DNA of 18,720 nucleotides from Ginkgo biloba. Its lineage: Eukaryota > Plantae > Ginkgophyta. The notes under the pieces are model-generated. The model was not told where the DNA came from and searched no databases. It worked only from the letters and a program-made list of their open reading frames with translations. The translations under genes were made by a program, and so were the position numbers. Location of the stretch: positions 100,234,069 through 100,252,788 of the forward strand of contig JANKJI020000004.1 of assembly GCA_024626585.2 (NCBI GenBank). Reading direction: 5' to 3'. Below, piece after piece: positions 11,033 through 18,720 of the stretch. Within the stretch, counting starts at the first letter, position 1. Every line of letters starts with the position of its first letter.

Positions 11033-11234
11033 AGGACATGAGGGTTAGGCCATTGGGATATTTTTCAATAGTGTTCCCAATAGGACATGAGGGTTAAGAG
11101 GCCATTGGGATATTTTTCAATAGTATTCCCACTAGGACATGACGGTTGATGAAGGAGAGTTCCCAATAGTGAAAAGTAATGAAGGATGTCATCTAAAAAT
11201 GAAGATTGATGAAGGAGGATGCCTAATAGTGAAA
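11033..11234. repeat. Short tandem repeats: 49/52-bp unit x2 plus a partial third, overlapping a degenerate 60-bp-period pair
   Basis: AGGACATGAGGGTT(AAG)AGGCCATTGGGATATTTTTCAATAGT[GA]TTCCCA[AC]T starts at 11033 and 11082, with a partial third copy at 11134. ATGAxxxTTGATGAAGGAG..T.CC.AATAGTGAAA occurs at 11139 and 11199. Confidence 0.9.
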
Positions 11235-11981
11235 TAAAGAGCAAAGTCCACAACCTCAGTACTAATAGTTACACAATAAACTTCTTACAAGCCTCTATTC
11301 AAAACTATCCAAGAGTTCTTTTCCAATGTTAAGAAAATATGGAGAAAGCCTCTCCTTCATCTCTAACCAAAGTCACTTGCAAGGTACTTTTTACTAAAAG
11401 AAACAACAACAAGCATAATAATCTTTTGCAGTTCCAAAGAACATGTACAACAACATCAACGAATAATTATCTCAGCCTTGCTTCACTTGTTGAAAGAAAC
11501 CAATAACAATAGTATCCCAGGAATTTGGATTTCATCCAGTGCACGTATATAATATTAGGAGAGAACAACCCAACCGCACCCACTAGATCCACAACCTAAT
11601 CCTACAACAAACACAATCGAATCTTCAACCAAAAAAAATCAATAACAATAGCAAGTGTGTCATTATTGATTTTCCTCCNNNNNNNNNNNNNNNNNNNNNN
11701 NNNNNNNNNNNNNNNNNNNNNNNNNNNNNNNNNNNNNNNNNNNNNNNNNNNNNNNNNNNNNNNNNNNNNNNNNNNNNNAGTGTATCAATCCAAAATTGAA
11801 CAACCCATAAATATTCCCCAAATCCTCCCCTTTTATCCCTAAAACCCTTGAATTTTATAGAATTTCTAAGGATTTAGGGCTAAAAGATTGACGAATTAGA
11901 TGCTTTCCACTTTATGGCATGCATTAAATGGATGAGAGTTAGTATAGGAGGTTACATTGAACTTATGACAGTTAGGGTAAC

Positions 11982-12000
11982 TATTATTATTATTATTATT
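11982..12000. repeat. (TAT)6 microsatellite
   Basis: TATTATTATTATTATTATT read directly. Confidence 0.9.
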
Positions 12001-13194
12001 CCATATTCTATTTTCATCGATAATATGCATGCACCAGTAGAGTTTATTGATTATGAGCATGCTCTTAACTATTACTATCAGTTATGTGCAACACCAATTC
12101 TCGGCAAAGGGGTCTTCAAACCCTGAAGGAATTTTTAACTCATAATGAAGATCTTAGTTGAATATTTGGTCAAAAAGAGTATTCTAATGACCAAATTGAC
12201 TAAGTTAGGAGTATAGTTGAGTGTTGAAGAGTGTCTGAGTGAATGAATAAAAGAAAATAATTGGTGGTAGAATAATTAAATGAATGGTACATTGAGGCAC
12301 ATTATTGAGAAATTAACCTAGTCTAAATCCCTGAGGTCTTATTTAATAATCATATATGATATCTTATTACAATAAAAAAAATATCTAAATTACCCACTTT
12401 GTGTTATACTAGACATCAATGTTTTGAAGAAAGAGTAATGATTACTAAAGCAGAGTTGGAGTTGATGCTTTGATTCCAAAATATAGAATAGAATTTGTCA
12501 TGGTGATCGAGGTTTAGCTATTAAAGAGGGTTACAGAGTGATCAATCATCTTATAGACCATTGATTATTCAAGATTAAGAACAGCATAATAATTATTAGA
12601 TAATTTGGTTCACTAATAAGTCTACTTGTGTCTTGTGACTTCTTAGAATATGTTGGACTTGTATTACTAAAAATGTAGTTGAAGGTCCCTTATTGAAGTT
12701 GTATATGTTCAAAGATATGGATTGAGAATAGCATATTATTAATTCAATTGATTATATAGGAATAGAGAATTAGTGTATAGGGTGATGTAGGAAGGATGCA
12801 GGGGTAAAGAATTTATGAGATCACCTATGAATTTAGTATATTTGATAATATTATTAGTTACATAAGGTAAGAAAAGGTCTTCATTGATAAAATTATACCC
12901 TATATAAGTCTTAATGGTCCATGAAGCTATTAAAGGGATAGGATTTTCTCTGAAACCTTTATTTATCAATATGATTAATGATTGGCCATGTAATACAACA
13001 TCAAAGTTTGATCAAGCCATAGTTAAAAAGTAGATTTAGTGTGAGGTTTGTTAAAAGTATAACACTTTAAAGAAAGACATGGTTTAATCTAATGTCCTAA
13101 ACAAATTTTAAAATGATTAAGTTAGAACAAGCATGTCAATACAAATTCAAAGCACATTTTTATGTCGTAAGTATCAACGCCCATTGTTGTGTGC

Positions 13195-13265
13195 ATTTCA
13201 ATGCCATCTCTCTAACAGAGAGCGTATTTCAATGCCATCTGACTGATATCGCACGTATTTCAATG
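13195..13265. repeat. 31-bp-period repeat: ATTTCAATGCCATCT with dissimilar 16-nt intervening segments
   Basis: Copies at 13195 and 13226, plus a partial copy (ATTTCAATG) at 13257. Intervening segments are CTCTAACAGAGAGCGT and GACTGATATCGCACGT. Confidence 0.8.
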
Positions 13266-13762
13266 TTGAGGTATNNNNNNNNNNNNNNNNNNNNNNNNNN
13301 NNNNNNNNNNNNNNNNNNNNNNNNNNNNNNNNNNNNNNNNNNNNNNNNNNNNNNNNNNNNNNNNNNNNNNNNNNATTACCATTATTTAGAGTCCCTTGAT
13401 CTGTTAGTGTGAGGGAGGAATTAAATTTTGTTGGGCTATGTATATTGTCAATTCACTTATTGTATAGTTATATGTATTATAGAGGAGGGGATTCAATCCT
13501 TTAAGATATAACTCACTTCTCCAAATGTGGATTTTTTAGTAATTTTATAATTTTAGGTTAGCACCTAATTTATTGCCTACTTTGACTAGGGATAACCCAA
13601 CTATGATGAGTTAGGTTAGCATAGCTAGAGATTCCCCTTGAGGTTATTCTCATAAGAGAGAAGAAGGGCTTAGTGAGTCCTATTTATATGATTGATACAT
13701 GATACAAGTGTGAGTGGCACTTATGGGGGCATCATATAATATTTTAATACAAAGGGACCTAA

Positions 13763-13782
13763 GCTACAAGTTCCCCCATCTT
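13763..13782 (-). promoter_or_regulatory. Putative polypurine tract and 3'-LTR start (TG) of a minus-strand gypsy element
   Basis: The minus strand reads AAGATGGGGGAACT|TGTAGC: a G-run followed after a few nt by TGTAG, the arrangement seen at PPT/LTR junctions of Tat-like gypsy elements. No partner LTR is visible to confirm it. Confidence 0.4.
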
Positions 13783-15098
13783 AGTAAGAGGAGATTCTTG
13801 GTGCACTGCTAGTTAATATTGAGATAGCAGGAGCTAAGGGCTAAGGTAATACCCCCCCCATTATATAGCATCCCCAAGGGGGAGCTATATAGTCGCCTCT
13901 ATAGAGGAAATGACTATTGTATAGATTTTAGCATGAGGATTGGTCCTCCAGGAGGAGTTATAATTTATTTAATTTTGATTATGTTGTTATCATGAGATTT
14001 TCTTTGACGTTAGATGGCATTATATAGATAATAAAGTGATACTAGTAACCTTGGTCAAATAGATATTAGATGGCATTTTTTATTATGTTTATGGTGATTA
14101 TCAATAGCCTATAATAGATATAGGTTTTATAATAGGAGTAAGAGCCTATACATATGTACTTACACCTATATTGAGGGCTTGCAAGATGTGTGAGGCTCTT
14201 TGACTAAATAAAAAATAACTTTAAGGGGCTAATGAGGTCCTTTAAAGTATAGTTAGGGGTCATAATAAGAATACACCATTAATTTATCATAGGGCTATGA
14301 TATCACAGAGGACAAATCATCAATTCAATACCATAGGGGATTCAATAATAGCAAGGCCCATTTAGAGGATCAATGAGAGAGTGGATGGAGTCAAAGATGA
14401 CCCTTATCTTTTTTTATTAGTTTTGTGAGGATTGATGCAAATTTTAGGTATTTGTTGTTTATGTATATATTATGGTTGAGTTCTTTTTGTGTACTACCTC
14501 TTTAAACACTCATTTTTATATACTCTAATTTTCATATGGATATATACATGTAAATATTCTTATACTTTGGTAATGCAATGGATGTTTTAATGATTTACTT
14601 TTAAACATTTTAAATTTTTATTTTTATACTTTTAGTTAATATTATTTACATATGTAAATGTGAATTATATTATTTTAAAGATAGTATAATTTTAGATATT
14701 TTTCATTCACGGAGNNNNNNNNNNNNNNNNNNNNNNNNNNNNNNNNNNNNNNNNNNNNNNNNNNNNNNNNNNNNNNNNNNNNNNNNNNNNNNNNNNNNNN
14801 NNNNNNNNNNNNNNTTGGTAAAGGTCACATGACTATTACTTCATCGTCAAAGGAGATTAAGCCATTTTTTTTAATCCCTTTATTTCCTTTTTATTCTTTA
14901 ATTAGTTTCTAATTTCTAATATGAATTTTGATACCTATGTAAATGGATAAGAAATATTCTCAAGAGGAGGTAGATTAGATGAAGTAGTAGATCACCTTCC
15001 TCACATTTGAGCTTCAAAGTGTATGGTTAAATTCCTAGAATTCTAGTAGGGGTTCATCATCCAATTCTCCTTTGTCCACTCCTAAGTCTCTTATTTAA

Positions 15099-16628
15099 AT
15101 TGATAAAAAGATAAATTTGGTGCCTTTTTATAGATCCATCAATGTAGATAAAGTTTATGCATGGATTCAAGACTTAGAGGTTTATTTTGAATCTTAAGGA
15201 TTTAAGGATGAGAAAAGGTATTTTTTCATAAAGTTAAAGTTATGAGGTATACATTCCTTTGGTGGGATTTTATTTATTCTTATAGGGCCAAAGATGATTT
15301 GGCTCTAATAAAAGTGTGGAATAAGATGAAGGAACACATTTGTAGGAAATTCTATCCCATGGATTATAAGAAATAGTTGGTTAAGCACTAGCAACACTTG
15401 CACTAGGTGTTGTGAAGGAAGTTTAAGACTATATTGATGAGTTTCATAATTTGAGTGTTAATCTAGATGTCATAGATGATGAGGCTATTTTACCACTCAA
15501 GTTTATTAGAAAACTATTCTCATTCTAACAATAAGAGATGGAATTGCTTCTCGATGAGTGTTGGGATAAGTTGGATAAGGTATATAACTATGCATTTAAA
15601 TTTGAGAAGAAGGTTAGGTAGACTCATTATTTGTAGAAGAATCTAGTGGTAAATTCCTTTAGAGGCTCTAGGAAGAAAAAGGTATATTTTTATCCTTCAT
15701 TAGTTTATGCATTCTTTTCTCCATTAGCTAAGGGAGAGAAGTGACCACATTATGTAAGGAAGAATTTCAAGTATATTAATTTCTCAAAGTATTACATAAG
15801 GAACAAGATATATGTCATACAGATGAGGAATGTTAGCCCAACCCAAAGAATAAATGGAGGCTTAAAAAGAGCATGATGATGAAAGAAAAAAAGAAGATTT
15901 TTGATATTGAGGGTCAAGTAGAAGTTGATTCTTCCCTAACTCTTACCATCACCACTACCATTATTTCCCTTCCATGCCATGAGAAGTTGTTCATGCAGCA
16001 AGCTCAGATGAAGCAACACATTTTCACTGTTATCATTAAAAATAGGAGCATGAATAACATGGCCTCAGTGCAATGGGTTTTATGCCTTTAGCTTCCTACC
16101 CATGCACATCCTTCACCATACATGTTTGTTTGGGTCTTCTTTTGGTGGAGTGAATGCTAAGGTGGCAAGGTGTGCACTATTAAGTTTGTAATGCAAAATT
16201 ACTTTGAATATTTTTTTTGCAATGTTATTCCTATGGACTATTGTGACTTTCTCTTGGTTAGGCCATTTCAGTTTGATAAGCATGTTATTCATAATGGAAG
16301 GTATAATATGTTTACCCTAAAGAAGGAGGGGAAAATGTATCCTATATGTTCTCACATTAAACCCATCCCATTAGTGGCTTCCAAATAAGCCAAAAAACTT
16401 GCTAACATCAGTAACCAGTGTTCTTTGCTTATTATTTGACAACAACAAGAAGTGCCATATTGCATGTCTAGTTTTCAAGTTAATTATTAGCTCCCACAAA
16501 GTCTCAAACTTGTTAATATTTTGGAGTTGTATTTTAATGTATTTTAGAAACCAAAAGGATCACCTCCCCATAGAGATGTTGAGCATAATATAGATCTTTT
16601 TCTCTCATCCACTTTATCCAATGGACCC
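15099..16628 (+). mobile_element. Decayed Ty3/gypsy (CRM-like chromovirus) gag, aspartic protease and pre-RT linker; truncated before the RT core
   Basis: Gag: AWIQDLEVYFE...LWWD...IKVWNKMKEHICRKFYPMDY...QHLH*...V*DYIDEFHNL (retrotransposon gag W..W..MK..F.P.DY..LRQ..V.EY..EF pattern). Protease: LFMQQAQMK..FTVIIKNRSMNNMAS (decayed VIIDSGS..NL), LPTHAHPSPY, CNVIPMDYCDFLLVRPFQFDKHVIHNGRYNMFTLKKEG (cf. CDVVPMD.C..LLGRPWQFD...HDGR.N). Linker: VF*KPKGSPPHRDVEHNIDL. Confidence 0.88.
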
Positions 16629-16782
16629 ATCATCACAAAGGGATCAAGGTGTTATACATCCATTCCAAAGGTCTCCTAGAGATAGAAAGAAAACATGATC
16701 AATTATTTAAAGGGTACCCTTTGCCCTAGAAATTATTGATATCAACTCATTCAAGGCCAACCCCCTCAGTCTTAGTCCTTCA

Positions 16783-18720
16783 ATGGTAATTAGGCCTAGC
16801 GCTCGACAATCTGCATCATCTTCCTCACTTAGATCCCATCCACATGTAAATGTTGATTCTCTCCTATACAAATTTATATATCCTCCTCCTTCCACCCCTA
16901 TTCTAAATCCTTTTTCTCAAATGGAAGCTACTATGCATTGGTGTATAAGTTGTCCCCTTAATCTGGGCCAAAACCTTGATGATGTTCCTANNNNNNNNNN
17001 NNNNNNNNNNNNNNNNNNNNNNNNNNNNNNNNNNNNNNNNNNNNNNNNNNNNNNNNNNNNNNNNNNNNNNNNNNNNNNNNNNNNNNNNNNNNNNNNNNNN
17101 NNNNNNNNNNNNNNNNNNNNNNNNNNNNNNNNNNNNNNNNNNNNNNNNNNNNNNNNNNNNNNNNNNNNNNNNNNNNNNNNNNNNNNNNNNNNNNNNNNNN
17201 NNNNNNNNNNNNNNNNNNNNNNNNNNNNNNNNNNNNNNNNNNNNNNNNNNNNNNNNNNNNNNNNNNNNNNNNNNNNNNNNNNNNNNNNNNNNNNNNNNNN
17301 NNNNNNNNNNNNNNNNNNNNNNNNNNNNNNNNNNNNNNNNNNNNNNNNNNNNNNNNNNNNNNNNNNNNNNNNNNNNNNNNNNNNNNNNNNNNNNNNNNNN
17401 NNNNNNNNNNNNNNNNNNNNNNNNNNNNNNNNNNNNNNNNNNNNNNNNNNNNNNNNNNNNNNNNNNNNNNNNNNNNNNNNNNNNNNNNNNNNNNNNNNNN
17501 NNNNNNNNNNNNNNNNNNNNNNNNNNNNNNNNNNNNNNNNNNNNNNNNNNNNNNNNNNNNNNNNNNNNNNNNNNNNNNNNNNNNNNNNNNNNNNNNNNNN
17601 NNNNNNNNNNNNNNNNNNNNNNNNNNNNNNNNNNNNNNNNNNNNNNNNNNNNNNNNNNNNNNNNNNNNNACCTCCAACCATGAAGTGACTTACAAAGATT
17701 ATGATAATTTGGCTATCAATGAGTAAGATATCAGATTTGAAAGCTTGATGCAACAAGAACCAAAATTTGGTGAATTTGTAGTAGATCTCAACATGATCTC
17801 AACATGTTGAGATATGATGGAGAATAATTAGACCAGTTGAAGCATAAATCATTGTCCAAACCAATTCTCAAGTTTCTAGAGACAAAGGCAAAAATTCTCA
17901 GGCTCAAGGATCTCTTGGTCATCAACTTGTCAAAATACTTCTCATCGAAAGGCAAATGATTCTCAAAGGGCTATTATGACTCAGAAGCCACCCCATGTTC
18001 CAAGGAATGATTTCTCCTCTAAAAAGCTTCATATTTATTTGAATGTGATATCTTGAAGAAATGGCAAAGATACCCATCAGGGATGAGTCTGTACCAAGAA
18101 ATAAAACTACCATGGAAGAAAGAATGCATGATGGAAGTCTTGAAAGTGGATGAAAAATAATTAAACGCCATGGTGGAAGAAGAAGATATCAAGGCTACAA
18201 TTCTTGGTCTAAGAGTCCAAAGCCCTCCCTTTTATATATCTCTGAAGATAGATAATTTCATACTTTGAAATTGCATTGTTAATAAGGGAGTAACACATAA
18301 CATCATGTGTTATGCATTTATGAAGGCTTTAGGGCTCCAATGCATCCAGACTAGTCAAGTTGTAAGGGGTATGGATTCAAAAATTGCTACTACTATGGGT
18401 GAGATCAAACACCTGGTGGTGAATATGGTTGCAGACTCTAAGATAATTGTGGTGGTCTCAATCATAGTAGTTGATATGTCTCTAATGTACAGCATGCTCC
18501 TAGGTCGAGAATGGATAAATGGGACTAGGGTTATAATCAATACGAGGATGGCCACCATTACCTTCCCTCACAATAAAAAACTCATTACTATTTCAAGGGA
18601 AGGTAAATATAAATATCTTGTGCATGATAAGGAATGTAAGGAGGCCAACGCCCCATATATTCCTAGAGGAAAGGGTGCATACATTATGTTCTCGAAAGCC
18701 AATGATAATCTACCAACTAG
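16783..18720 (+). mobile_element. Second, unrelated Ty3/gypsy (non-chromovirus, Tat/Athila-like) gag-protease relic spanning a 679-N gap, running off the right edge
   Basis: The ORF from ATG 16783 (MVIRPSAR...WCISCPLNLGQNLDDVP) resembles the W...PL.L...LHDLP segment near the gag N-terminus of such elements (from recollection). The clear protease at 18224+ anchors the call. Linking the two sides of the gap is inference. Confidence 0.65.
18224..18720 (+). pseudogene. Retrotransposon aspartic protease domain, inactive; frame open from 18269 to the window end (not in the ORF track)
   Basis: PPFYISLKIDNFIL*NCIVNKGVTHNIMCYAFMKALGL...VRGMDSK...GEIKHLVV...IIVVDMSLMYSMLLGREWI...ITFPHNKKLITI. The catalytic D(S/T)GA is decayed to NKGV, and the YxMLLGRxW motif is present. 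Confidence 0.88.

Larger units (their letters stand above)
1717..17669. other. Scaffold gaps: five exactly 100-N gaps (8237-8336, 9603-9702, 11679-11778, 13275-13374, 14715-14814), larger gaps (1717-1986, 16991-17669) and several short ones
   Basis: Counted from the sequence. Exactly 100 Ns conventionally marks a gap of unknown size. Confidence 0.95.

Noticed and set aside
270-12969. Short ORFs 270-458, 2428-2613, 11065-11253, 11914-12126 and 12739-12969 as host genes
   Set aside because: 60-76 aa with no recognisable domains or exon structure. Some arise from repeats or lie antisense to relic frames.
13195-13265. CRISPR array
   Set aside because: Only 2.5 repeats of 15 bp with 16-nt spacers, no cas genes, and a eukaryotic TE context. 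Kept only as a repeat curiosity.
14815-14830. tRNA-Met primer-binding site at TTGGTAAAGG upstream of the gag
   Set aside because: It matches only TGGTA of TGGTATCAGAGC and directly abuts a gap, so it cannot be supported.
1-16628. RT fragment at 1-148 and gag-protease at 15099-16628 as one element
   Set aside because: The domain order is wrong on the same strand (RT upstream of gag), so they must be separate copies.
16917-17756. Long ORFs of 229-301 aa in the ORF track, and similar X-filled ORFs at 1709, 8129, 8192, 9546, 11657 and 13113
   Set aside because: They stay open only because N runs contain no stop codons.
18355-18558. Minus-strand 67-aa hydrophobic ORF
   Set aside because: Antisense shadow of the protease frame.

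Overview
AT-rich, gap-riddled eukaryotic intergenic DNA. It is almost certainly a land plant, and the element styles suggest a gymnosperm (inference). It is a graveyard of decayed retroelements; I found no intact host gene, RNA gene or CRISPR array. From left to right: (1) a Ty3/gypsy RT fragment (1-148, +); (2) a ~3.3 kb minus-strand coding relic resembling the accessory ORF of plant LTR elements (~600-3950); (3) a near 5'-complete L1-clade LINE with ORF1 (DUF4283-type RRM region plus zinc knuckle) and ORF2 (APE endonuclease plus RT) (~3980-8236), followed across a 100-N gap by a second, diverged copy of its RT region (8337-9602) that shares four premature stops with the first; (4) unassigned non-coding or LTR-like sequence with short tandem repeats and hairpins (9.7-14.7 kb); (5) a CRM-like gypsy gag-protease relic (15099-16628) abutting, with no LTR in between, a different gypsy gag-protease (16783-18720). 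I see no convincing novel biological system. The best second-look items are the post-inactivation LINE duplication, the orphan minus-strand ORF, a small repeat/unique-spacer array at 13195-13265 and a hairpin cluster next to a putative PPT. All family assignments come from manual translation and motif recognition, not database searches. Adjacency across the five 100-N gaps is uncertain.
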